From contig JAWBBW010000001.1 of assembly GCA_038824035.1 (NCBI GenBank), positions 1-64,000 on the forward strand: a stretch of DNA of 64,000 nucleotides, read 5' to 3'. Position 1 is the stretch's first letter. Each line of letters starts with the position of its first letter. The notes under the pieces are model-generated. The model did not search any database. It was not told the DNA's origin and was given only the letters and a program-made list of their open reading frames with translations. Below are positions 16,500 to 25,759 of the stretch, in pieces. The position numbers and the translations under genes are program-made. The DNA comes from Desulfurococcaceae archaeon. GTDB taxonomy: Archaea > Thermoproteota > Thermoprotei_A > Sulfolobales > Desulfurococcaceae.

Positions 16500-17033
16500 T
16501 TATGATTGCCTTATCCTGGCTATTTTATCCCCTTTGTTGATACTCATACCTGGCTTCACATAGATTTCTTCTATCACACCTTTCAAATGCGACTTCACCT
16601 CTATGATCATCTTCATGGATTCCAATAAAGCGATCACATCATCAGTGTTAACTGCCATGCCCTTAGTTACCTTGATCTCAACGACCCTCCCAGCTATGGG
16701 TGAAACTATGACGCCTGGTTCTTGGATGATTGGTGCCTGTTTCTTCTTCACTTCTTTGCTGACAGATACCGGGGTTATTTTCTTGACATAGGAATGCAAT
16801 AAACCTATGTACATGCCTTGATCTCCATATATTATCACTGGGTATTCCTCGTTGTTTATCTCTACAATATATCTCCCATCACTGATGTTCCTCACCTTGA
16901 TCTTATATATGTTTCCAGTCGTCAAATCCTTTATCAATATATTATCCTTGTTCTTATCCAGCACTTCCAGTTCTATCTCATTCCCAAAGAGTGTTAGAAC
17001 CCTGTAAAGCCTTGACAAGGTTTCACTCACCAT
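16500..17033 (-). CDS. Biotin carboxyl carrier protein
   Basis: C-terminal biotinyl domain SPIAGRV...LESMKM (MKM biotinylation site). Confidence 0.88.
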   Translation of the reverse strand: MVSETLSRLYRVLTLFGNEIELEVLDKNKDNILIKDLTTGNIYKIKVRNISDGRYIVEINNEEYPVIIYGDQGMYIGLLHSYVKKITPVSVSKEVKKKQAPIIQEPGVIVSPIAGRVVEIKVTKGMAVNTDDVIALLESMKMIIEVKSHLKGVIEEIYVKPGMSINKGDKIARIRQS

Positions 17034-17034
17034 T

Positions 17035-17088
17035 GATCAGCAACGCCAACCCTCCTCATCTTTCAGACACGGGTTCGCTCATCACTAC
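17035..17088 (-). ncRNA. Box C/D guide sRNA
   Basis: Minus strand: GUGAUGA-GCGAACCCGUGU-CUGA-A-AGAUGA-GGAGGGUUGGCGUUG-CUGA; TTTTAATA (17112-17119) about 25 nt upstream. Confidence 0.85.
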
Positions 17089-17185
17089 CTAGGTATTAAT
17101 TAAACCAGGGCTATTAAAAGTCACTGAACACTATCTATATAAGTTATCTATAAAGGATTCTTCTCAGAGATATAGAGTTGGGGCG

Positions 17186-18277
17186 ATGTTTTTGATAGAT
17201 TTCCATCAAGTAAAATTAAGGAGAGAGGAATTCTGGGGCAATAACCCTGTTTACAGAGCTATTTATGAGAGATTAGTGAAACAGGGATATCACCTAATAG
17301 GCCTACTCGGCGCTGTCAAGAGATGTCATTGGTCAAGAGAGGCCATTATTAGGCATAGATTCTGCTATAAATGCCTATGGTATGGTATAGAGAGCCATAG
17401 ATGTATACAGATGACCCCCGTCGTGGCATGGTGTTGGAATAGATGTCTTCATTGCTGGAGAATACAACCAGAGGATATAGGGATGCACTGGGATGATACT
17501 AAGCCACCTGTGATAGATGATCCAGAGGTATTGGTCGAGGAGAGTATAAGGGTTCATAGACAAATCATGGCTGGTTTCAAGGGTAATCCAAATGCCGATC
17601 AAAAGATGGTTGAGGAGGCGATAAATCCCCGTCACGCTGCTATAAGCCTGGCCGGAGAGCCCACTTTATACCCATTGCTCAGCGATCTGATCTACGAATA
17701 CCATAAAAGAAATATAACGACATTTCTCGTAACACGTGGAACAAGGCCAGATATTATCAAGAGCCTCGTTGTCGAGCCGACTCAGCTATATATAAGCATG
17801 GAGGCATGGGATAAGAGGTCATATGAGTATTTCAATAGGCCAATAGTTCCACGGGCATGGGAGCTTTTCCAAGAGACACTCGAATACATACCCAGCGTTA
17901 GATCACCAGTCACGTTCAGGATAACATTGGTAAAGGGCTTTAATGACAATGAAGAGGCCATACGCGGTTTCGCAAAGATCATCGAAAAAGCACAGCCCAC
18001 CTATGTCGAAGTAAAAGCATACATGTTCCTAGGTGTTAGTAAGGGCAGATTGAATAGGGCCAATATGCCATCGCACTCAGAGGTGAGAGAATATGCCAAG
18101 AGATTAAGCGATCTAGCGGGCTATATGTTACTCAGCGAATCTATTCCAAGCAGAGTTGTATTGTTGAGTAGGGTAAAGAACCCGATTAGGCATGGTAAAG
18201 GATGTCCGGATGGAGTTAAGCATCCCGAGAAATATGCAAATGTCATAACAGAGGAATACGAAGAAGCCTATTCATAG
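17186..18277 (+). CDS. taw1: 4-demethylwyosine synthase Taw1/TYW1 (radical SAM)
   Basis: VKRCHW, CYK..YGIESHRCIQMTP, CWNRCLHCWR, HAAISLAGEPTLY, EVKAYM. Confidence 0.95.
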   Translation: MFLIDFHQVKLRREEFWGNNPVYRAIYERLVKQGYHLIGLLGAVKRCHWSREAIIRHRFCYKCLWYGIESHRCIQMTPVVAWCWNRCLHCWRIQPEDIGMHWDDTKPPVIDDPEVLVEESIRVHRQIMAGFKGNPNADQKMVEEAINPRHAAISLAGEPTLYPLLSDLIYEYHKRNITTFLVTRGTRPDIIKSLVVEPTQLYISMEAWDKRSYEYFNRPIVPRAWELFQETLEYIPSVRSPVTFRITLVKGFNDNEEAIRGFAKIIEKAQPTYVEVKAYMFLGVSKGRLNRANMPSHSEVREYAKRLSDLAGYMLLSESIPSRVVLLSRVKNPIRHGKGCPDGVKHPEKYANVITEEYEEAYS

Positions 18278-18284
18278 TAGAGCC

Positions 18285-19040
18285 TTATTCTTGAATACAA
18301 GTCTCCTTCTCAAACCTGAGGCCTATTAAACGAGCATTCCTAACTATGCCTATCTCCATGCCGAGTGTAAACACGATTGATTCTATCTCACCGCCTCCCT
18401 TAACAAGTTTGTTGCAAACCCTTGTATGGCCATCTATTACGTAGTACTCATCGCCGAATTGATATGTCAATATTGGATCAACACTTGATCTCCTATTCAA
18501 AGCCCCCTCAGCCTTATATAAAACCTGAGTAGGGATCAGCCTTGTTATCTCTAGTTTGTCAAACCACACCTTGGCCAATGTCTTATGCACTAGTTCGAGG
18601 AACCTTATAATATTGACCATATGTCTCCATGTCAGGAGTTCTAGGGGTGTGTCTAATGGATTTAGAAGTTTTACATCGATAATGCTGTACTGGTTTATCG
18701 GCCTATATGATGGTATGTTGATTACGAAAGCCGGTGTTTTCTCTCTGATCCATGCATATACTAGTGCGCGGTGATGGCCATCTATTACATAGAGTTTACC
18801 GGCATGTCCCATAATGACTATGATTGGCGCGGTGTATCTCTCCAATAAGGTTTTCTTTAGGACTAGGCCTAGTTTATCGCTTTCAAGGTATTCCTGAGTG
18901 AAAAGCAGTGATGTTGGATCAATATATCTCTCCCCGATCAATCTTGCATCAGGGTATTTATCCCTTAGAAATACCAGGAAATGCTCCAATCTCGTTATAA
19001 CGTTTCTCCTAGTAGCTAGGATTAATCTATGGTGATTCAA
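18285..19040 (-). CDS. Protein with two tandem ParB/Sulfiredoxin-like domains
   Basis: L.FTQ...PIIV...YVIDGHHRA and LIPTQ...PIL...YVIDGHTRV repeats. Confidence 0.75.
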   Translation of the reverse strand: MNHHRLILATRRNVITRLEHFLVFLRDKYPDARLIGERYIDPTSLLFTQEYLESDKLGLVLKKTLLERYTAPIIVIMGHAGKLYVIDGHHRALVYAWIREKTPAFVINIPSYRPINQYSIIDVKLLNPLDTPLELLTWRHMVNIIRFLELVHKTLAKVWFDKLEITRLIPTQVLYKAEGALNRRSSVDPILTYQFGDEYYVIDGHTRVCNKLVKGGGEIESIVFTLGMEIGIVRNARLIGLRFEKETCIQE

Positions 19041-19800
19041 CGAACCTGTATTCTCTTCCAGCGTGAAGAACCACCATTGCCTCCTTTCTCAATTCCTCTA
19101 ACAATATCTTCTCGAAATGTGTTAATTTATCCAATTCAGCTGTCCTGATGGGGAACTTGGATCGGAACTCCTTGTAGAACTCGGCATCCACCACTAGTGA
19201 ACCTATTTTCACGATTTTCCCCTCTATGATTAACCTATCGAGGATATTGCCCAATTTGCTTAACGCCTCATTATAACTCATCACGGGTAATTCCATGAAT
19301 ACATGCTTATGATCTGCTTTTAATCTATTTCTCTTAAAGGCCTCGAGTGCTTTCACCATCTCCTCCATCGATTTCTCGAGTTTTAATATTCTATCTTCAA
19401 GTGTTCTTACCTTGTCAACAAGCTTGTTGAATTCATCGGTATTAATACAAACGCGTTGTTGTTCGGTGCCTGTTTCAACGCTCTGAGGTATACCTGGTTC
19501 TTTTTCCATAGCCTTCTCGAGTTGATTTGCAGGCTGTGATGGGATCTCCTCTTTCCCTGCTTCAAATGACTTTTCCATCGTCTTTTCTCCAGATATATAT
19601 TCGAGGAGTTTGATGCCTCTTCCCGTCAATATATATCCTCTCCCCGTCTTCTCCAAGTAACCGGAGCTTTTAAGCCTATACACAACCTCCCTGATCCTGG
19701 CTACGCTTATATTAAGCATGCTTGATAACTCTTTAAGAGAAAGACCTGGATTATCCCTTAGGATCTCTAGTACTTTGAAAGTCAACGTCTTTTTACTCAC
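19027..19800 (-). CDS. wHTH - linker - coiled-coil - C-terminal domain DNA-binding protein
   Basis: VLEILRDNPGLSLKELSSMLNIS..RIREVVYRLKSSGYL wHTH; heptad region FNKLVDKVRTLEDRILKLEKSMEEM; GTG start at 19800 after GGAGA. Confidence 0.7.
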   Translation of the reverse strand: MSKKTLTFKVLEILRDNPGLSLKELSSMLNISVARIREVVYRLKSSGYLEKTGRGYILTGRGIKLLEYISGEKTMEKSFEAGKEEIPSQPANQLEKAMEKEPGIPQSVETGTEQQRVCINTDEFNKLVDKVRTLEDRILKLEKSMEEMVKALEAFKRNRLKADHKHVFMELPVMSYNEALSKLGNILDRLIIEGKIVKIGSLVVDAEFYKEFRSKFPIRTAELDKLTHFEKILLEELRKEAMVVLHAGREYRFVESP

Positions 19801-19886
19801 TATTATCTCCTTGGCCCAGAATATCTTATAGATTCTATTGTTTATAATTTTTATAATCCTTGTAATCTCTGATATATCTAGCACTG

Positions 19887-20603
19887 GTGGGTGCTGTGAG
19901 TAAGTTATTTGATGAGGAAACAGTTAATGAATTAAAAAGGATATTTTCATCACTCCGGAGGGATTTGAAAGACATATTAGTGGTTGAGGAGACAAGTGAA
20001 CATGGCATAGTAAATAAGTGCCCAACATGCCCAGAAGCGGTGGAACTTGCTCGCGAACTCAATTGGATTAGTGATGGTAAACTAGTTTTTGAAATCCTCT
20101 ATGGAATCGATAAGGCGAAGAACATTAGACCCAGGTATTTGCCAGCATTCATATATGATACAAAGGCCAGGAACATTAGGTATTACGGATTGCCCAGTGG
20201 CCAGGAATTCGCACCATTCATATATGTTCACAAGTATATATCAGATGGGGCCAAGTTAAGCCCAGATCTAAGCGAAGAGATAGAGTCCATTGAAACACCA
20301 CTACACATTAGGATTTTCGTTACACCTGAATGCCCGTATTGCCCAATAGTGGTCGATTTCTTGAACCAGGCTGGTGTGATCAATTCAAACCTACTCATTG
20401 ATACCATTGAGGCGTTTGAACACCCCTATGAAGCTGATAAGTACATGGTTCAATACGTCCCCTTCATAGCTATAACCAGGATAGAGGACTATGAAATATA
20501 TGGAGCACGCCCTGTTGAAACCATACCAGGTTATTTACCTCCAGAGGATATTGTCGTGGTGTTGAAGAGGGCTGAAAGGAAGATCAGGCAAATGTATAGA
20601 TAG
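19887..20603 (+). CDS. Protein disulfide oxidoreductase (PDO, two thioredoxin folds)
   Basis: CPTC and FVTPECPYCP motifs, IRYYGLPSGQEF. Confidence 0.9.
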   Translation: MGAVSKLFDEETVNELKRIFSSLRRDLKDILVVEETSEHGIVNKCPTCPEAVELARELNWISDGKLVFEILYGIDKAKNIRPRYLPAFIYDTKARNIRYYGLPSGQEFAPFIYVHKYISDGAKLSPDLSEEIESIETPLHIRIFVTPECPYCPIVVDFLNQAGVINSNLLIDTIEAFEHPYEADKYMVQYVPFIAITRIEDYEIYGARPVETIPGYLPPEDIVVVLKRAERKIRQMYR

Positions 20604-20651
20604 GCCATATCAACCTGGTTTTAAACCACCATGGTTAATATAGAAGACATT

Positions 20652-20712
20652 AGCGGGATGACCGAGGCCCTCCTGATTGATCGATGAGATGTTCATGGAC
20701 CGGGGGACCGCT
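20652..20712 (+). ncRNA. Box C/D-like sRNA with terminal stem
   Basis: AGCGG/CCGCT stem; GGAUGA-CCGAGGCCCUC-CUGA-UUGA-UCGAUGA-16 nt-GGGA (variant D box); TTTTAAA at 20619-25. Confidence 0.65.
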
Positions 20713-20792
20713 TAACAACTATTGATCATATCATATATTACCATACCTCTGGGTTTATAAAACGTTGTCAATGGATCAATTCGAGGGATATA

Positions 20793-21047
20793 ATGGCCAT
20801 TGATTCAACTATTCATAAGCGGGCATCTCAATTAGATGATATGATCATCGAGAAATACGTGGAGTTTCTCAGGACATTGAAGAACATTGAAATGGAGATA
20901 AATACTGGTGATTTTGATAACCAGGTCAAAACATCCTTGCTCAATATTATAGGCGAAGTAAAGGCGAAAATACTCAACGAGATATGCTCAATGGAAAGAC
21001 AAGATAATATATGCTTAAAAGCCCTTGCTACATGTGTAAAGACATGA
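20793..21047 (+). CDS. Hypothetical protein (84 aa, helical)
   Basis: ORF with a GAGGG RBS and upstream TTTATAAA; precedes speA. Confidence 0.6.
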   Translation: MAIDSTIHKRASQLDDMIIEKYVEFLRTLKNIEMEINTGDFDNQVKTSLLNIIGEVKAKILNEICSMERQDNICLKALATCVKT

Positions 21048-21075
21048 TTGTTTACTTAAGGGGATAAATTAGAAG

Positions 21076-22836
21076 ATGAGTACAAAGAACTGGGATGTAG
21101 AGATATCTAGAGAGCTGTATGGAATAAGGCACAGCATTAGAGGCGATGTAATAGACATAGACGGGGATGGATACCTTGTTGTGAAATTGGGTGATAAGGA
21201 TATACGTGTCAAGGACATCATGGATAAACACGGCTTCGACATAGCATACATAAGGATATTGCCATTAATAGATAAATCCATGAAACTCGTCCATGAAACA
21301 TTCACCACGTTGGCAAGGGTTCATGGATTCAAAGGCGGATTCATCCCTGTATATCCAATGAAAGTTAATCCAACGAGAATAGTGGTAGAGGCAATTATGA
21401 GGTATGGAGATAAGTACAACTGGGGGTTCAATGTTGGTTCACCTGGCGAGTTAGAGTTATTAATCGAGATCTCCGAGAAACATAATCCAAGGCTATTGAT
21501 ATACGATGGCGTAGTTTCAGAAACAGTTTTGAATGATTTAATGAAACTCGTGGAGAGAAAATGGCATATCATAGTGGATATTGGGAGTGAACGCGATATA
21601 GAGCTTTTATCTAAATACCCTGACCTGGAAATCGGCCTAAGGATCAAGCCTTTATTCAGGACAATGGGTAAATGGGCTGATTCCACTGGATTGGGCAGTA
21701 AGTTCGGTTTAGCTTTAAACACATTGTTAAGACTCAAGGATGAATTCCAGTGGATAATGGAGAGATCAACGCTTTTACACATGCATGCCGGGTCACAGAT
21801 ATACAGGTTACAGGACATAAAGAGCTTGTTTAGAGAGATAAAGTCGATGTTCACGGAGCTTAGGAGAATAGGCTTTAACAACATAAACCTAGTAGATTGT
21901 GGAGGTGGCATGGCATATCCATATTTTGACAGCAGAGAAGGGAGCTTTGAATCGCCCGATTATAGTATCGTGGATTACATCAACGAGATGATCAAGGCGT
22001 TTAACGACATATCGCCACCACCTACACTCATATACGAAGGTGGTAGATTTATAACAGCTTCGCATCGAGTGGTTGTAGCGAGAGTCATAGATGTAAGACC
22101 GTATTATGCTGAGCATAAAGTTGGCGAATATAATGGGCTAAGTAAATTAATAGAATCCGCAAATACCATTGAGGATATTAAAGACTTATTACTACAGCTC
22201 AAGTCTTTCGTTAGGAAAAACGGCCTTTTCAAGAAATACACTATTGAGAGAAGAGAGATATTTGAGGAATTCACGACATATGTAAAAGATGATTTAGCGC
22301 GGAAACTGAGCGAGCTTATCAAGAAAAATCCACATGAGATCAGGAAAGTCCTCGAAGACCCCGATCTACGTAAACTCCTCATATCCCCATCCAAGAGATT
22401 CCTTGTCAACATATCCATTTTCGCCGATATACCTGATAATGTCTTGGTGGATCAATATTTCCAAGTAGTGCCGGTTCAAAGACTGAACGAGAAACCCGAT
22501 GTATTGGCAACCATTAGTGACCTCACATGTGATAGTATGGGCGAGTTCAAAGTTTTCATAAGCAAGGTTAATTCAGATATCCCAGCACATTACTGGTTCA
22601 CCGAGATGGATTCGAAGTTGATGTTTATACCCGGCGAGATCATAAAGCTGCATGGAGTTCCACTACATTTATTAAACAAAGATGAAAGATATTATATAGC
22701 GTTCCTAGATACAGGTGCTTACCAAGATCCATTGGCAATGAAACACAACTTGATATATGGCGCTCCAGAGATCATAATAGATCTATCTGAGAATGGCGTT
22801 GAGATACGTGTCGAGAAATGTAAGAAACCGGATTGA
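21076..22836 (+). CDS. speA: PLP-dependent biosynthetic arginine decarboxylase (SpeA type)
   Basis: VYPMKVN (PLP Lys), GKWADSTG..SKFGL, HMHAGSQI, DCGGG, EGGRFI, DLTCDSMG, GAYQD.L..KHNL. Confidence 0.88.
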   Translation: MSTKNWDVEISRELYGIRHSIRGDVIDIDGDGYLVVKLGDKDIRVKDIMDKHGFDIAYIRILPLIDKSMKLVHETFTTLARVHGFKGGFIPVYPMKVNPTRIVVEAIMRYGDKYNWGFNVGSPGELELLIEISEKHNPRLLIYDGVVSETVLNDLMKLVERKWHIIVDIGSERDIELLSKYPDLEIGLRIKPLFRTMGKWADSTGLGSKFGLALNTLLRLKDEFQWIMERSTLLHMHAGSQIYRLQDIKSLFREIKSMFTELRRIGFNNINLVDCGGGMAYPYFDSREGSFESPDYSIVDYINEMIKAFNDISPPPTLIYEGGRFITASHRVVVARVIDVRPYYAEHKVGEYNGLSKLIESANTIEDIKDLLLQLKSFVRKNGLFKKYTIERREIFEEFTTYVKDDLARKLSELIKKNPHEIRKVLEDPDLRKLLISPSKRFLVNISIFADIPDNVLVDQYFQVVPVQRLNEKPDVLATISDLTCDSMGEFKVFISKVNSDIPAHYWFTEMDSKLMFIPGEIIKLHGVPLHLLNKDERYYIAFLDTGAYQDPLAMKHNLIYGAPEIIIDLSENGVEIRVEKCKKPD

Positions 22837-22839
22837 CAC

Positions 22840-24393
22840 CTAGATTAATTCCCCTAGGACACTTTTAGAGGAATGTTTAATTATCCTGGTATTTACGATG
22901 CTGTATCTGGGTATTTCACCGGGTATTTTAACAGCTATTGGATAGCTACCGGGGAATCTCGCGATGCTAAACCCTCTACTATACCCCTCAACGTAGAGAT
23001 AGTGTAAAACGGTGCCTTCTGGCACAATTCTCTTTAACATCTCTTTGTCGAATAAGTTCATAACCCTGATTCTATGGCTATGAAATAGCCTTTTATGTCT
23101 ATTGATCACGTGGAATACGATGTCACTTCTTAGCCAAAGCGGTGTATTGGCCAAGACACTTACTTGCCTTATATTAACTCTCCTAACTAATAAGCCCTCT
23201 TTGAGTATTTCCTTTAAGTACTCCTCATTTATCTCATATGTTTTCCTGCTCTCACCGGGCAACCCATAGAGGAGATTTATGCCTGGGAGTAGATAAGGTA
23301 AATTATTCCATCCACGAATTTTGCCAACTTTGTTCACTATTCTTATGGCGTTCAAGGCTTCATCTGGGTATACCTTCAGGTTATTAGACTTAACCACATC
23401 TGGGTCAAACGATTCAATACCAAGTGCCGCTACATCACCAGGGGTGTTATATTTAATGATGATCTTAAGTGCCTTGATTGAGATTTCAGGGTGTTTAGCT
23501 ATTGTGCCCGGATTCACGTTATCGATGTGAAGTGTCGCCAGGCCTGGTGCCACATGCCTGATGCCTCTAAATAGTTTTTCCAACGCCTCTGTATTCGGTT
23601 CTGGAAATTCCTCTTCACCTATTTTAGAGGCCATATATGCCAATATATCTGGTTGCTTGCCGATCCTGATGTGTCTGACACCCAGTTTATACAACTCCTC
23701 GATTTCCCTGATCACGTTCATAGGCTCCCTCATTATGGGTCTTCCATATCTTGGCTCTATGCAGAAACTACATCCACCTGTTATCCACCTAGGACAACCC
23801 CTATATGTCTCTATCTCGACTATCAGGTTTTTGCCAAAATTAGGATGTTGTTGAACTATCCTGGTCCCGAGTATGAAGAATTTCTCAACCAAGTCATCAT
23901 ATTTATCTCTCAGTAAATATGGTCGTGCTTTTTCAAAACCATGTTTGATCAACTCATCCAGGTATATCTCTATATCTCCAGTTACAACCTCATCAAATAA
24001 TGCCCTATACCTCGATGGATCTATGGCTAATCTCCCACCGCCGATGCCAATGCCATATCTGGCTCCAGGCCCGCAGAGTATTTTCTTCTTATCTCTTAGT
24101 AGGAAAGCTATTCTCTCAATTTCATGGGGCTTTATAGGCGTGCCACCTATGTATTTCCCCGGTACTTCTGACCCGGTTATTATGATTACAAGGTCTGATC
24201 TCTTGGCATCGTTTAGGAAACCGCTTAGATCGTTTCTTACCATGTCTATTGTCCAATACCTGATTCTGGCCTTCTTATTGTTACTCCAGATAGCACCAGC
24301 TATTAGTCTTGGATAGGTATTTATATATGGCGGAACGCCCAGACCAGCTGGCTCATCTGTGTAGCCATCTAATATCACCACATCATTCAACAT
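22840..24393 (-). CDS. Uncharacterised radical SAM protein (COG1031-like) with Cx7Cx2C motif
   Basis: ILDGYTDEPAGLGVPPY, EIETYRGCPRWITGGCSFCIEP, LHIDNVNP; the start at 24393 overlaps the hypD stop. Confidence 0.85.
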   Translation of the reverse strand: MLNDVVILDGYTDEPAGLGVPPYINTYPRLIAGAIWSNNKKARIRYWTIDMVRNDLSGFLNDAKRSDLVIIITGSEVPGKYIGGTPIKPHEIERIAFLLRDKKKILCGPGARYGIGIGGGRLAIDPSRYRALFDEVVTGDIEIYLDELIKHGFEKARPYLLRDKYDDLVEKFFILGTRIVQQHPNFGKNLIVEIETYRGCPRWITGGCSFCIEPRYGRPIMREPMNVIREIEELYKLGVRHIRIGKQPDILAYMASKIGEEEFPEPNTEALEKLFRGIRHVAPGLATLHIDNVNPGTIAKHPEISIKALKIIIKYNTPGDVAALGIESFDPDVVKSNNLKVYPDEALNAIRIVNKVGKIRGWNNLPYLLPGINLLYGLPGESRKTYEINEEYLKEILKEGLLVRRVNIRQVSVLANTPLWLRSDIVFHVINRHKRLFHSHRIRVMNLFDKEMLKRIVPEGTVLHYLYVEGYSRGFSIARFPGSYPIAVKIPGEIPRYSIVNTRIIKHSSKSVLGELI

Positions 24394-25516
24394 CACTCTG
24401 CAACCCCCATGCCGAGTGTTCAGCCCAGATCCTACAAGTGCCCTCGGAGCTAACCATGCATGGGCCATAAGGATTCACAGGAGTGCACGTTTTCATGAAT
24501 AATGGGCACTGGGTTGGCTTAACCAGCCCTAAGACTACCTTGTCACATAGGCAACCAGGCAATTTATCATCACGGTACTCAACACTCTCTACTTCGAGGT
24601 GTGTGAATAAGTCGTTTTTCGCAAAGACCTCTCGGTGCTTTACACCACTTCTCGGTATCTCCCCTATACCTCTCCAATAGCCATTGACCGGTTCATAGAC
24701 TGTTTCAATGGCTTTCTTAGCATAGACATTGCCCCATGGTTTCACAACCCTTGAATACTCGTTGATAACCATGGGTTTTCCACGCATCATTTTCAAGATG
24801 TAGTACACGGATATGATCACGTCTAATGGCTCGAAACCAGCCACTACAACTGGTATCCCGTGTTCTATTGGTATAAACTCCCAGGCATTTGAGCCTATGA
24901 TTGTGGATACATGTCCAGGTGCTATTATGCCATTGAGACTTATCTGGGGGTATCTATCCAATAGATGTCTCATCACGGGTGGAGTATATCTGTAAGCTAG
25001 TAGTAATAAGAGGTTCTCTGGCAATATACCTAACATAGTGGGTATAGCTGTGGATGGCATGGTTGTTTCAAAGCCAATGGCGAAAAACACGTTTACCTTG
25101 CCCCTATTTTCACGTGCATTTCTCAATGCGTCGGTAAAACTATAGACCACTTTCACATCTCCGCCTATGGCCTTAGCCTCCATGAGATTCCTTGGATATT
25201 TTAACTTAGATCCAGGTAATTTGAAAGCATCTCCATATGTGAGTATGGTGAATTTTTCATTTAAGCAGAGATCTATTAAAACATCGACATAGTAACCAGG
25301 CGTTATACAGACCGGGCAACCAGGGCCCGGTATTAATTCGATCTCTGGGGGTAGAACGCTTCTTAATCCATAATGAGTTATTGTCCACTCATGTGTTCCA
25401 CAGAAATTCATGATCCTCACTTTCTCTAAGCCTCTCTCCCGCTTAACCTCTTTTAATTCTTGTTTTATCCTTTCGATCAATCCCTTGGCAAACACCTTGT
25501 CTCTAAAAACCCTCAT
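24383..25516 (-). CDS. hypD: [NiFe]-hydrogenase maturation protein HypD
   Basis: CGTHE, GPGCPVC, GFETT, PGHVS, C-terminal C..G..KP.QCPLF..CTP..P.GPCMVSSEGTC. Confidence 0.96.
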   Translation of the reverse strand: MRVFRDKVFAKGLIERIKQELKEVKRERGLEKVRIMNFCGTHEWTITHYGLRSVLPPEIELIPGPGCPVCITPGYYVDVLIDLCLNEKFTILTYGDAFKLPGSKLKYPRNLMEAKAIGGDVKVVYSFTDALRNARENRGKVNVFFAIGFETTMPSTAIPTMLGILPENLLLLLAYRYTPPVMRHLLDRYPQISLNGIIAPGHVSTIIGSNAWEFIPIEHGIPVVVAGFEPLDVIISVYYILKMMRGKPMVINEYSRVVKPWGNVYAKKAIETVYEPVNGYWRGIGEIPRSGVKHREVFAKNDLFTHLEVESVEYRDDKLPGCLCDKVVLGLVKPTQCPLFMKTCTPVNPYGPCMVSSEGTCRIWAEHSAWGLQSDVE

Positions 25517-25586
25517 TTCAACATCAAACCATTTTCCATTATTTGGTCGTTATCATAACTGGGTTTAATTTATCATCACAATGTCA

Positions 25587-25605
25587 TTTAAACACTTTGT
25601 TTAAA
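25587..25605. promoter_or_regulatory. Perfect inverted repeat, candidate operator
   Basis: TTTAAACA-CTT-TGTTTAAA between divergent hypD and a wHTH regulator gene. Confidence 0.4.
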
Positions 25606-25759
25606 GCCAAAGCAATTAGTTTTAAGCTATGAAACGATAGATTTTGAAAACCGATATGGATAACCCTAATTTGACCCAGTAGACATGGATTCAACCAGAT
25701 TAATTAATCATAGAAAAAATTTATAAGTGATTTTAAAGAAGATAATCATGGGATAGATC

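Noticed and set aside
24394-24468. N-terminal extension of the radical SAM ORF
   Set aside because: Lies within hypD; the conserved family sequence starts at Met 24393
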